This document shows positions 19,486-29,369 of a DNA stretch of 64,000 nucleotides, in pieces; position 1 is the first letter of the stretch, and each line of letters begins with the position of its first letter. The DNA comes from Cyanobacteria bacterium auto_48_18 (lineage in GTDB: Bacteria; Cyanobacteriota; Vampirovibrionia; Obscuribacterales; Obscuribacteraceae). The notes under the pieces are model-generated. The model saw only the letters and a list, made by a program, of their open reading frames with translations. It was not told the DNA's origin and made no database searches. The stretch lies in NCBI GenBank assembly GCA_036170915.1, contig JAVHQC010000025.1, forward strand, positions 84,155 through 148,154. Direction: 5' to 3'. Made by a program: the position numbers and the translations under genes.

Positions 19486-21687
19486 TTGGATACAGAACGC
19501 AAAGTTTGTCCCACCTGCAAAAGAGAATTTTTCATGGACGTCGACAGCTGTCCTGACGACGGCAGCAGCCTGGCGCCAAAATCTAAAGACCCACTGGTAG
19601 GCACAGTTTTCGCTGAAAAATATGAAATTCTTTCGGTGATTGGCACCGGCGGCATGAGCGTTATTTACAAAGCGCGCCACAAATATATGGAACGCCTATG
19701 CGCAGTTAAACTGCTGCAGCAATTTCTTGTGGCTGATGACTCAATGTTTCAACGCTTTCAATATGAAGCAAAAGCGGCCAGCACTTTATCGCATGTCAAT
19801 GTCGTGGCCATGCACGACTTTGGTATTACCGGCGATGGCAGAGCTTATCTAGTTATGGATTATCTGGATGGCGAAGATCTATCAACAGTTTTAGAGCGCG
19901 ATGTTTTTCTCACTGAAGCCCAGGCCAAACCAATTTTCCTGCAAGTTTTATCGGGCCTGGCTCACGCTCACTCTAAAGGAGTGATTCATCGCGATCTGAA
20001 ACCGAGCAATATTTTCTTGATTCCGCAATCAGGCAGCTTGACTGTGAAATTGGTAGATTTTGGTATCGCTAAAATCAACAATCCCGATAATGTCAGTCAA
20101 TCGCTGACACGAACCGGCGAAGTCTTTGGCTCGCCACTCTACATGAGCCCTGAGCAATGCGCCGGCAAAAGTCTGGATGCCCGCTCCGATATTTATTCTC
20201 TGGGCTGTCTGATGTACGAAACTCTCTGTGGCCGGCGACCACTGGTAGGCGAATCAGCTTTAGAAACAATGCATATGCATTTAAAAGAAATGCCGCTCAC
20301 TCTATCGCAAGCTGCTCCTAAAGCTAATATTTCTCCTGTCTTAGAAGCTGCGGTGATGAAGTGTTTGTGCAAATTAGCACAAGATCGTTTTCAAAGCGTG
20401 GCAGAACTTTACCAAGAAATTTATGGTCAGCCTTTGGCCAATATGAGTAATGATTTTATTACCGCCGGAATTCCTGTTCACTCGGGCGTGGGCGTAACTA
20501 TTCATACTGGCAGTTCGCGCAAATCAGATGATTCAGGCTCTACCGGCACTAGCGGAAGTTCGCTCACAACTGCTGGCGCAGCTAGCAGTGCCGTGGCTAA
20601 CGGTGCCGCGGCTACACCAGCTGAAAAACATAGCGCGCAAGATAAAGGTCACAAAAGAACGACGCCGCTGGTGGTGGCATTACTTCTCAGCGGTTTAGTT
20701 GCTAGCGCAGGCCTTTACTGGGTTATCGCTGTATGGCCAGGCCCAGAGAGTGACCGAGGCACACTTTTAAACCGTTGGATTTACGCCGGTTGGATTTCGC
20801 GGGCTGAACAGCTCGTCGCTCAGGCGCACTATAGCGAAGCCGAGCAAGCTTATAATCAAGCAGACAAAATTGCCGAAAGTTTTGGCGATAACTCTGGTCG
20901 GGTGATGACTGTGCTAGAAGCAAAACTTAGACTATTTGAGCTTTCCAATCAACCGAAAAAGAGCGAGGCGATCTTAAGGGCAATGGGTATCATTAACCGC
21001 GATCGCGCTCTCGCCGACTGCGATGCGTCACTCAAAGAAATAGACAAAATTAAAAAGTTGTATGAAAAGGCACGCGAGCTTGGCAAAGATGGTGCAATCA
21101 ACAGCGAACGCGAGCTAGCATTACAAATGGGCACCAAGATTGCAGCCATAATCGGCGTTTCACAGAGATTGCGGGCAGCTAATGCATATGATGATCAAGA
21201 AAATTTGCTGCAAAAAACCACCGATTTATACAGTCAACTGGTTAGTAATGACGATCCGCAGTTAGCCGATTTAAAAACTGCGTTGGCTTATAGTCGTTGG
21301 GATCAAGATGAAATCGAGCCTGTACGCCCACTTCTGGCTCAGGCGTTGGCTATTACCATTAACGCTAACAAGCGCGACGCAAGACAATCTAGTCAGATTG
21401 ATGTCGGCGAAGCCTGGCTTAGATTAGGACAATTCGATCGTGATCGCAGTGTGTTCCCTTATGCCCAGAAAGAACTAACTACAGCTTTGTCAATTTTGCG
21501 CGGCTATTCTAAACTTGATAAAAACAATCCAGAGTCAGTCAGAGCCTACAAACTATTAATTGAATGCCTTAATGCTAACGCCGACTACAAAACACAAGTG
21601 CATCAAGAAGCCGAAGCTCGTAATTTTCGCGCTGAAGCAGCCGAGTTGAAAAAGGTAAAACTGGATTACCATCCGGAGCCGCAATAG
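19486..21687 (+). CDS. Ser/Thr protein kinase with N-terminal Cys motif, central TM and helical (TPR-like) C-terminal domain
   Basis: CPTC...CPDDG; IGTGGMSVIY, AVK, HRDLKPSN, DFG, GSPLYMSPEQ; TM LVVALLLSGLVASAGLYWVIAVW. Confidence 0.92.
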   Translation: MDTERKVCPTCKREFFMDVDSCPDDGSSLAPKSKDPLVGTVFAEKYEILSVIGTGGMSVIYKARHKYMERLCAVKLLQQFLVADDSMFQRFQYEAKAASTLSHVNVVAMHDFGITGDGRAYLVMDYLDGEDLSTVLERDVFLTEAQAKPIFLQVLSGLAHAHSKGVIHRDLKPSNIFLIPQSGSLTVKLVDFGIAKINNPDNVSQSLTRTGEVFGSPLYMSPEQCAGKSLDARSDIYSLGCLMYETLCGRRPLVGESALETMHMHLKEMPLTLSQAAPKANISPVLEAAVMKCLCKLAQDRFQSVAELYQEIYGQPLANMSNDFITAGIPVHSGVGVTIHTGSSRKSDDSGSTGTSGSSLTTAGAASSAVANGAAATPAEKHSAQDKGHKRTTPLVVALLLSGLVASAGLYWVIAVWPGPESDRGTLLNRWIYAGWISRAEQLVAQAHYSEAEQAYNQADKIAESFGDNSGRVMTVLEAKLRLFELSNQPKKSEAILRAMGIINRDRALADCDASLKEIDKIKKLYEKARELGKDGAINSERELALQMGTKIAAIIGVSQRLRAANAYDDQENLLQKTTDLYSQLVSNDDPQLADLKTALAYSRWDQDEIEPVRPLLAQALAITINANKRDARQSSQIDVGEAWLRLGQFDRDRSVFPYAQKELTTALSILRGYSKLDKNNPESVRAYKLLIECLNANADYKTQVHQEAEARNFRAEAAELKKVKLDYHPEPQ

Positions 21688-21758
21688 CTTCCCTGGGGTG
21701 GGCGGTATCTTAGGTGGACGATTTTCGGGATAGAAGTGGATCCTGAATCGTACTGGCC

Positions 21759-21797
21759 AAAACGCAGAGAAATTTGCGGTAAATTTCTCTGCGTTTT
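21759..21797. repeat. Dispersed intergenic palindrome, copy 2 (perfect 17-bp arms, 5-nt loop; imperfect extension 21741-21815)
   Basis: AAAACGCAGAGAAATTT-GCGGT-AAATTTCTCTGCGTTTT, flanked by TCCTGAA...TTCAGGA. Confidence 0.92.
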
Positions 21798-21912
21798 TGA
21801 AGCCAAATTTCAGGAACTCGTTAAGTCACCGGCCGCAAAAGCACTTTTGAACTTTAAGCGTGCCTTTTACGTATTGATCAATAAGACACCATGCAAATTG
21901 TTGGAGGTTCCA

Positions 21913-22464
21913 ATGAGCAGCATTCGATTGATCAGAAGACATATCAGTTCACTAGCTCCCGGCGAAATAGTGACTACTCGTCAGTTTATGAATTACGGAA
22001 CCAGGTCGGCAGTTGATCAAGCACTATTGAAGCTCGTGAAAATGAAAGAAATTGATAGGCTTTCGAGCGGTGTTTTTGTTGATAGTTACAAGCGTAGGCC
22101 TGAATACACTGCCGAAGAAATTCTTCAGGCAAAAGCAGACGCCTTTGATAAGAAAAGATTTGAAACCAGCTACAGGCGAGAGCATCTGGCCAATGAAAAA
22201 TACGGCGAAATTATTCGAACTCTGTGGCAAATGGGTGAGAAAAATTGCGACCTTGAATATGTGCAAAAAGTAACGGCAAATTGGGACCGTGAGCAAGTTC
22301 ACGGTCTTCTGGGGAACGCCAGATGGATGCCCTATTGGCTGCTAAAGCATTTCAGGGAAGTTTTTGGATACGCAACTTGTCGCAAGGTTGCCTATAAAAC
22401 AATAGAAGATCACACTCGAACAGAGCGCAAAAATCTCATCGTTATTTCGCCGCACCAGCCATGA
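21913..22464 (+). CDS. DUF6088 / AbiEi-antitoxin-like winged-helix protein, no adjacent toxin
   Basis: N-terminus IRRHISSLAPGEIVTTRQFMNYGTRSAVDQALLKLVKMKEIDRLSSGVF resembles the DUF6088/AbiEi wHTH. GGAGG at 21903-21907 precedes ATG 21913. Confidence 0.72.
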   Translation: MSSIRLIRRHISSLAPGEIVTTRQFMNYGTRSAVDQALLKLVKMKEIDRLSSGVFVDSYKRRPEYTAEEILQAKADAFDKKRFETSYRREHLANEKYGEIIRTLWQMGEKNCDLEYVQKVTANWDREQVHGLLGNARWMPYWLLKHFREVFGYATCRKVAYKTIEDHTRTERKNLIVISPHQP

Positions 22465-23608
22465 CTGTCACTTTTGCTAGACCAGCTTCAAGATCTTGCA
22501 CTAGATCGTCAATGTCTTCGATGCCTACGGACAGCCGTACCAGCGCATCGACCACTCCCCGTGCATCACGCTCGGCTTTAGGAATAGAGCCATGCGTCAT
22601 TGATACAGGATGGCAGACCAGCGATTCGACACCACCCAGGCTTTCCGCCAGGGCGAATAGTTTCGTTTGGCCAAGAAACTGGCGCGCACTCTCGAGCCCG
22701 CCTTTAAGAACGAATGAAACCATGCCGCCAAAACCATTCATCTGTTCTTTAGCAAGAGCATGTTGCGGATGGCTAGCCAAACCTGGATACATCACTTTCT
22801 CCACAGCTGGATGTTTTTCCAAATACTGAGCAATGGTCATAGCATTTTTCTGGTGGGCTTCCATACGCACAGCCAGGGTTTTCACTCCACGCATAACCAG
22901 CCAGCAATCCCACGGACCAGGCACGGCACCTACTGCGTTTTGATGGAATTTGAGAGTTTCGTAGAGGTCGTCTCTCGAGGTAATAACAGCACCACCGATG
23001 ACATCACTATGACCACCGAGATATTTAGTCACTGAATGAACAACAATATCTGCACCAAGAGCAAGTGGATTTTGCAAATAAGGGCTGGCAAAAGTATTGT
23101 CTACAACAGTAATTAACTTCTTCTCTTTCGCCACTGCGGCAATGGCTTTGATATCGCAGAGCCTCAAAAGCGGATTAGTAGGTGTTTCTACCCAGATCAT
23201 TTTCGTATTTGGCAATATCGCTGCTTTAACTTTGCTGGCATCACTGGCATCGACATAAGTGAAAGTCAAACCGTAACGCTTCCATACTTTTTCAAATAAC
23301 CTGTAGGTGCCACCATAAACATCATCGCCACAAATAACGTGATCACCACTAGAAAGAATGTTCATGATATTGCCTTCAGCGGCTAATCCTGAACCGAAAC
23401 AAAGTCCGTACTTCCCGCCTTCAAGCGAAGCCAGGCATTCTTCCAGAGCAAAACGCGTAGGATTCTGAGTGCGAGCATATTCAAAGCCTTTGTGCTGATT
23501 CAAACCTTCCTGAACATAGGTAGATGTTTGATAAACAGGTGTGATGATGGCCCCGGTTGTAGGATCTGGTTCCTGACCGACGTGAATGGCTTTAGTCGAA
23601 AATTTCAT
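22442..23608 (-). CDS. Cystathionine gamma-lyase / gamma-synthase (MetB/MccB family)
   Basis: YARTQNPTR, ETPTNP, VDNTF, PLP-lysine motif HSVTKYLGGHSD, AESLGGVESL, RLSVGIED. Confidence 0.93.
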   Translation of the reverse strand: MKFSTKAIHVGQEPDPTTGAIITPVYQTSTYVQEGLNQHKGFEYARTQNPTRFALEECLASLEGGKYGLCFGSGLAAEGNIMNILSSGDHVICGDDVYGGTYRLFEKVWKRYGLTFTYVDASDASKVKAAILPNTKMIWVETPTNPLLRLCDIKAIAAVAKEKKLITVVDNTFASPYLQNPLALGADIVVHSVTKYLGGHSDVIGGAVITSRDDLYETLKFHQNAVGAVPGPWDCWLVMRGVKTLAVRMEAHQKNAMTIAQYLEKHPAVEKVMYPGLASHPQHALAKEQMNGFGGMVSFVLKGGLESARQFLGQTKLFALAESLGGVESLVCHPVSMTHGSIPKAERDARGVVDALVRLSVGIEDIDDLVQDLEAGLAKVTVMAGAAK

Positions 23609-23627
23609 GATTTTTTCCTCGATTTAA

Positions 23628-25055
23628 TTAAACAGAGATTTTTGCGGATTTTTCTCTGTCTTTTTTTCCGCTCAATTCTTTAGTGCTCAGGCCGCCCGCC
23701 GCGCGCAGGTGAGAAACGATGTCAAATTTCGTCAACACACCACAAGCTTTGCCTTCGTTAGTTAAAAGCACCATATTGCTGCCAAGCTTAAATTGCTTGT
23801 AAACACTATCGATTTCACTGGCGACATCCACCTGCGGGAATGGTCTTCCCATTACCGACGATACGGTTGTAGTCTCCGGATGCTTGCGTTCATAGACAAT
23901 CTGCATCGTAATCAAATCGTTGATATGGCCAACGTTCTGACCAGCGGCTGTTACCACGGGCAATTGGTCGATTTGATATTTCTGCATAATATCGATGGCG
24001 GTCTGCACCGTTTCATCAGGCTGAATGGTGATCATGCCTGGAACTTTACCGGTAGTGGCTTTTCCTTCGAGCAAATCGCTGGCGAAGAAACTGACGCCTT
24101 CAGCCTGCAGGAAGCCATATTCGCGCATCCAGTCATCTGAATAAATTTTGCTTAGATAGCCTCTGCCACCGTCAGGCAAAATCACGACAATAACGTCGTT
24201 TTCATCCATGGTTGCTGCTACTCGAAGAGCGGCTACAGTGGCTGTACCACACGATCCACCTACGAGCAGCCCTTCTTCACGAGCCAAACGTCTGGCCATA
24301 ATGAAGGAGTCTTTGTCAGCAACGCGCTCGAAGTGATCTACAATCTTCAAATCTGCATTACGCGGAATGAAATCTTCGCCAATACCTTCGACTTTATATG
24401 AACCTGGTGTGTCACCTGAATAAATAGAACCCTCAGGGTCAGCGCCCACTATTTTAATTTTGGGATTCTTCTCTTTAAGATAACGGGCGGTACCAGATAT
24501 GGTGCCACCAGTGCCGGCACCGGCCACCAGACAGGTAATTTTGCCTGATGTCTGTTCCCATATTTCAGGACCAGTAGTCTCGTAATGCGAATCTGGATTA
24601 TTGCTATTGGCAAACTGATTGGGCTGGAAAGAGCCTGGAATTTCCATTGTTAGCCGATTGGCTACAGAATAATAACTTTCTGGAGAACTGGCAGAAACGG
24701 TGGACGGCACCATGACTACTTCCGCCCCATAAGCCTTGAGCAAATTTATTTTTTCAGGAGCGACCTTGTCAGGACATATCAAAATACATTTGTAGCCTTT
24801 TACTGCTGCAATCTGAGCCAGCCCGGTGCCGGTATTGCCTGACGTGGGCTCAATGATCGTTCCGCCCGGTTTAAGCAAACCTGCCTTTTCAGCCTCCTCG
24901 ATCATCTTTAAGGAGGGCCTATCCTTAATTGATCCGCCTGGGTTAAAGACCTCGAGCTTGGCCAAAATTGTGGGTTTAAGCCCCTTTGTGACCTTATTTA
25001 ACTTCACAAGAGGAGTTTCACCGATTGTTTCCAGAATGTTCTCGCAGTACTTCAC
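23628..25055 (-). CDS. cbs: Cystathionine beta-synthase with C-terminal CBS (Bateman) domains
   Basis: NPGGSIKDR PLP motif, EPTSGNTG, GTGGT, YKVEGIGEDF and a C-terminal CBS pair. GGAGG precedes GTG 25055. Confidence 0.92.
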   Translation of the reverse strand: MKYCENILETIGETPLVKLNKVTKGLKPTILAKLEVFNPGGSIKDRPSLKMIEEAEKAGLLKPGGTIIEPTSGNTGTGLAQIAAVKGYKCILICPDKVAPEKINLLKAYGAEVVMVPSTVSASSPESYYSVANRLTMEIPGSFQPNQFANSNNPDSHYETTGPEIWEQTSGKITCLVAGAGTGGTISGTARYLKEKNPKIKIVGADPEGSIYSGDTPGSYKVEGIGEDFIPRNADLKIVDHFERVADKDSFIMARRLAREEGLLVGGSCGTATVAALRVAATMDENDVIVVILPDGGRGYLSKIYSDDWMREYGFLQAEGVSFFASDLLEGKATTGKVPGMITIQPDETVQTAIDIMQKYQIDQLPVVTAAGQNVGHINDLITMQIVYERKHPETTTVSSVMGRPFPQVDVASEIDSVYKQFKLGSNMVLLTNEGKACGVLTKFDIVSHLRAAGGLSTKELSGKKDREKSAKISV

Positions 25056-25110
25056 AAGGAAGTCCTCCATTACAATATGTATGAGAAAGAATAGGTTTAA
25101 TTATACGGCG

Positions 25111-26670
25111 ATGACAGACAACAAAGACTGCTTCAAACCTGAGGATCTCTCCAATTTTGATTGGGAAAAAGAGCTCGGGGCACCTGGCACTTATCCGTTC
25201 ACCCGCGGAATCTACCCGGATATGTACCGTTCCCGCAAATGGACAATGCGTCAATATGCGGGTTTTGGCAACGCCGACGAAACTAACAAGAGATTTAGAT
25301 ATCTCTTAGGTAACGGTCAAACCGGTCTTTCTGTGGCATTTGATCTGCCGACGCAAATGGGACTTGACTCAGACGATCCCATGGCATTGGGTGAAGTGGG
25401 ACGCACCGGTGTCGCCATTGACACCCTCAAAGATATGGAACGATTGTTTGACCAGATTGATCTGGGCAAGGTTTCGACGTCCATGACCATCAATGCCACT
25501 AGCGCAATTTTACTGGCCATGTACCGGGCAGTGGGTAGTAAACAGGGAGTCAAGGCCGAGCATCTTTCCGGCACTATTCAAAACGATATTCTCAAAGAGT
25601 ACGAAGCGCGCAACACTTACATTTTTCCGCCCAAGGGCTCCATGCGGCTGATTACAGACATTTTCAGCTTCTGTGCCAGCGATATGCCTAAATGGAATAC
25701 CATCTCGATCTCGGGCTATCACATACGCGAAGCGGGTGCTACAGCCGTTCAGGAGCTAGCTTTCACTTTTGCCAATGCCATTGAATACGTGCGAGCCGCA
25801 CAAACATCTGGCCTGGCCATCGATGATTTTGCGCCTCAGCTGTCTTTCTTTTTCGTCGCTCAAATGAATTTCTTCGAAGAAATTGCCAAGTTCAGAGCGG
25901 CGCGCCGCATCTGGGCGAAAATTATGAAAGAGCAGTTTGGCGCCCAAAGCGCTAAGTCACAGACTTTGCGTTTCCATGTGCAAACCGCCGGCTCCAGCCT
26001 GACTTTGCAGCAACCCGACAATAATATAGTTCGCACCACCCTTGAAGCTCTGGCTGCTGCCCTTGGAGGTTGCCAGTCGCTCCACACCAACTCTAAAGAT
26101 GAAGCGATCGCTTTGCCTACAGAGGCTTCAGCCCTGACGGCTCTGCGCACCCAGCAGATTATTGCTTTTGAGACCGGTGTGGCCAATGTGGTCGATCCCG
26201 TGGGTGGCTCATTCTATATAGAAGATTTGACTAACAAAATCGAAGCGCAAGTCGAAGCCTATTTACAGCGCATCGAAGAAATGGGTGGAGCCATTAAAGC
26301 TGTGGAGAGCGGCTTCATTCAAAAAGAAATTCAAGACTCGGCTTATGAAGATCACCAGAAGGTTGAGCGCAAGGCCAAGCTGGTTGTGGGGGTCAACTCA
26401 TTTATCGATGAACATTCAGAAGAAATCAATGTCCAACGCATCGATCCGGCTCTGGAAGGTCAGCAAGTGGCGGCACTTCAACGCATAAAAGCCGAGAGGG
26501 ACCAGGAAAAAGTAGCCGCGGCGTTATCTAAATTACACCAGGCCGCCGCCGGCAGCGATAATCTTGTGCCTCTGATCTGCCAGGCAGTGGAATGTTATGC
26601 CACCGTTGGCGAGATCAGCGGCACCCTTAAACAATCTTTCGGCAAATTCAGGCCAATGGTAACCATTTAA
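25111..26670 (+). CDS. Methylmalonyl-CoA mutase, large (substrate-binding) subunit without a B12-binding domain
   Basis: PFTRGIYPDMY, WTMRQYAGF, GLSVAFDLPT, QNDILKEYEAR, SISGYHIREAG. The ORF-track 5' extension overlaps cbs and is not used. Confidence 0.92.
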   Translation: MTDNKDCFKPEDLSNFDWEKELGAPGTYPFTRGIYPDMYRSRKWTMRQYAGFGNADETNKRFRYLLGNGQTGLSVAFDLPTQMGLDSDDPMALGEVGRTGVAIDTLKDMERLFDQIDLGKVSTSMTINATSAILLAMYRAVGSKQGVKAEHLSGTIQNDILKEYEARNTYIFPPKGSMRLITDIFSFCASDMPKWNTISISGYHIREAGATAVQELAFTFANAIEYVRAAQTSGLAIDDFAPQLSFFFVAQMNFFEEIAKFRAARRIWAKIMKEQFGAQSAKSQTLRFHVQTAGSSLTLQQPDNNIVRTTLEALAAALGGCQSLHTNSKDEAIALPTEASALTALRTQQIIAFETGVANVVDPVGGSFYIEDLTNKIEAQVEAYLQRIEEMGGAIKAVESGFIQKEIQDSAYEDHQKVERKAKLVVGVNSFIDEHSEEINVQRIDPALEGQQVAALQRIKAERDQEKVAAALSKLHQAAAGSDNLVPLICQAVECYATVGEISGTLKQSFGKFRPMVTI

Positions 26671-26919
26671 TGCCCAACCCGAGCGCCTATGCGGGTATCC
26701 ATCAATTTCTCCGCACAATTGCCGAAATACTACTGGTGTCGATGCTACAGCCTGGTGTATGCTGCGATGTAGATGCGCGTTTTGGCAAGCACTTGTCAAA
26801 TGCTCGCTATCAGCGTTGCTCTCGTCAAGAGATCACGACACTGGTTGTTCGCTTGCAGCTGGCAAATTGTGGCCTTACAGCGCTGAGTTTCTAAATCAAT
26901 CAAAGGGTATCTGGGACGC

Positions 26920-27936
26920 ATGGTTCAAAAGGCTGGTCCGAAAAAAATACTGGTTACAGGTGGAAGTGGGATGATTGGCCGCGCCATCGTCGCCCGTCTG
27001 GTGGCAACCAAACAATGTATCGTCAAATCGCAAGTGCGTGACAGGCTCGATGCCAGAAAAAAAGTGGGCGACAGCGTTGACCTGACCATGGTGGAAATGC
27101 TGCAAGCCGACTTCACCAGAGTTGGTGATCAAGAAATGCGCGCCCTGACTAATGACTGCGATTTCGTCATTCACGCCGCCGGTTTAGTGCATCAAGAGAG
27201 CGCTTCTTATCAGGAATACGAAGTCGTTAACGTACGTGCCACACAACAATTGGCTGAAGCTTGTGTCGCTAACGGCGTACATACTCTGGTATTTTTTAGC
27301 ACATCAGCCATTTACGGCAAAGGTCCCTTTAAGAATATTTCTGAAGCCGGTCCTTACGCCGCCAAGACACCATATGCGGTGTCTAAAATGACTAGCGAAA
27401 ACTATTTGCAAACTCTTAATGGCAAAATTCCCCGCATTATTATTCTCAGGCCCTCGCTGGTTTTCGGCGAAGGAGACCGGGGCAATATGCTCTCTCTGAT
27501 TAGACAAATAAAAGAAGAAAAGTATATTCATATCGGTGGCGGCGTTACACCTAAAAGTTTGATTTACTCGAAAGACTTAGCCAACGCCGTGCATTTGTGT
27601 TTACAGAAAGTGCCCCCAGGCTATCATGTCTTCAACGTGGCCAATCCCAGCCCTGTAGCCATGAAAGACCTGGCTGAAAACATTGCTGCCACACTGAACG
27701 TCACCAAGAAATTTAGTTCGATACCTGAAGGTTTACTAAAGATGGGGCTCAAGGCAGCTCAAGCATTTATGCCCGGCAAAATTGCGGTCACTCCTGAGCA
27801 AGTTGAAAAGCTAGCTACTGAAACTACATGTTCAGTTGATAGCCTGGTTGGCGTCACCGGCTTCGCACCGGCCGCTGACATCAAATCGAGTATTAAGGCA
27901 GAAGTGGACTGGGCCACTGCCAATCAACTTCTTTAG
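26920..27936 (+). CDS. NAD-dependent epimerase/dehydratase (extended SDR)
   Basis: TGGSGMIG, HAAG, YAVSK (YxxxK), LRP. Confidence 0.88.
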   Translation: MVQKAGPKKILVTGGSGMIGRAIVARLVATKQCIVKSQVRDRLDARKKVGDSVDLTMVEMLQADFTRVGDQEMRALTNDCDFVIHAAGLVHQESASYQEYEVVNVRATQQLAEACVANGVHTLVFFSTSAIYGKGPFKNISEAGPYAAKTPYAVSKMTSENYLQTLNGKIPRIIILRPSLVFGEGDRGNMLSLIRQIKEEKYIHIGGGVTPKSLIYSKDLANAVHLCLQKVPPGYHVFNVANPSPVAMKDLAENIAATLNVTKKFSSIPEGLLKMGLKAAQAFMPGKIAVTPEQVEKLATETTCSVDSLVGVTGFAPAADIKSSIKAEVDWATANQLL

Positions 27937-27971
27937 CTTCTCTAGCCACTCTTTGACAATATTAACTGCCA

Positions 27972-29345
27972 TTGCTAGATCAATACTTCAAATTAACTGA
28001 GCGCGGCACCACAATTCGCACAGAATTACTGGGCGGCTGCACCACTTTTTTGACCATGGCCTATATCATTGTGGTCAATCCGGCAATTCTTGCCTTCGCT
28101 GGAATACCGCAAGGCCCGTCTACAGTGGCCACGATTTTGACTGCAGTCTTTGGTTGTTTAGCGATGGGTTTATACGCTAACAGGCCGCTGGCAGTAGCAC
28201 CCTATATGGGCGAAAATGCCTTTATCGCTTTCGGTTTAGCGGCATTAGGAATTAGCTGGCAGTTGCGTCTTGGCGCCGTATTCGTTAGCGGCCTGGCATT
28301 TCTCGCTATGTCGCTTTTAAAAATTCGCCCATGGCTGGCCAATTCCATTTCAAACAGTATGAAGCACAGCTTTGCCGCAGGCATCGGCATGTTTCTGACA
28401 CTGATTGGCCTTTACGAAACCGGCCTAATAGAAAGTGCTGCACAAGGCATGCCCTTCAAGGTGCTACTAAGCGCAGATGGTATTACCCTCGGTGCCCCAC
28501 CCGTTCCGCTCAAATTAGGTAATCTGCACGACATCAAAGTGCTTCTCACCATATTTGGCACCATCACTACAGCAGCGTTATTGGCGAAAAAAGTAAGAGG
28601 CGCAATTTTGATCGGTATCGTTCTCACTGCTGTAGCCGGTTTTGTTTGTGGTGTTGGCGAACTGCCCAAAGCGATTTTCTCGATACCGTTTCAGGGTGAG
28701 TATAGCCTGGCCCCAATTCTGTTCCAGCTTGATATTGCCTCTACTCTGAAATTAAGTTTCTTGCCCATATTACTTACTCTTTTTCTCATGAGCTTTCTCG
28801 ATACGTTGAGCACGCTCGTAGGTGTTGGTGCCAACTGCGGCATGGTGGACGAAAAGGGTAATTTGAGCGACATTGAGAAGCCTATGATCGTCGACGCCAG
28901 CTCTTGCATCTTTTCTGCTTTAATCGGCTCGTCTACCAGTGGTGCTTTTATCGAATCAGCCGCAGGCATTCGTGAAGGAGCACGCACGGGGCTGGCAGCA
29001 GTTACCTGCGCCCTTCTGTTTTTTGTCACACTCTTTTTCATTCCTCTTATGCAACCGCTGCAACATTTAAAATATGCATACGGACCGGCTTTGATTTGTG
29101 TTGGTCTGCTCATGTGCAGTTCGCTGAAAAAAATTGATGTAGACGATTTGACTGAAGCCTTTCCATCGTTTGCCACTATCGCCATGATGGTTTTTACTTA
29201 CAGCATTGCCAACGGACTGACAGCCGGTCTGGTGATATACGCAGCAATAAAAACTTTAACCGGACGCATAAAAGAAGTGTCTCCCGGCGCGTGGATACTG
29301 GCAGCCATGTGCCTGACCTATTTCCTATTCGGTTTGCCTCACTAA
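27972..29345 (+). CDS. NCS2 / AzgA-family nucleobase permease
   Basis: TTFLTMAYIIVVNP, APYMGENAF, ESAAGIREGARTG and many TM segments. Confidence 0.92.
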   Translation: MLDQYFKLTERGTTIRTELLGGCTTFLTMAYIIVVNPAILAFAGIPQGPSTVATILTAVFGCLAMGLYANRPLAVAPYMGENAFIAFGLAALGISWQLRLGAVFVSGLAFLAMSLLKIRPWLANSISNSMKHSFAAGIGMFLTLIGLYETGLIESAAQGMPFKVLLSADGITLGAPPVPLKLGNLHDIKVLLTIFGTITTAALLAKKVRGAILIGIVLTAVAGFVCGVGELPKAIFSIPFQGEYSLAPILFQLDIASTLKLSFLPILLTLFLMSFLDTLSTLVGVGANCGMVDEKGNLSDIEKPMIVDASSCIFSALIGSSTSGAFIESAAGIREGARTGLAAVTCALLFFVTLFFIPLMQPLQHLKYAYGPALICVGLLMCSSLKKIDVDDLTEAFPSFATIAMMVFTYSIANGLTAGLVIYAAIKTLTGRIKEVSPGAWILAAMCLTYFLFGLPH

Positions 29346-29369
29346 AAATCAGTCAAGCTTCAAGTTTGG

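Noticed and set aside
21736..21912. 59-aa N-terminal extension of the DUF6088-like ORF
   Set aside because: It runs through the palindrome; a strong GGAGG supports ATG 21913.
24826..25110. N-terminal extension of the mutase ORF
   Set aside because: It is mostly antisense to cbs; mutase-like sequence begins near ATG 25111.
26670..26919. 74-aa ORF or structured RNA between the mutase and the epimerase
   Set aside because: No B12-binding DxHxxG motif, no recognisable family and no convincing riboswitch core; left unannotated.
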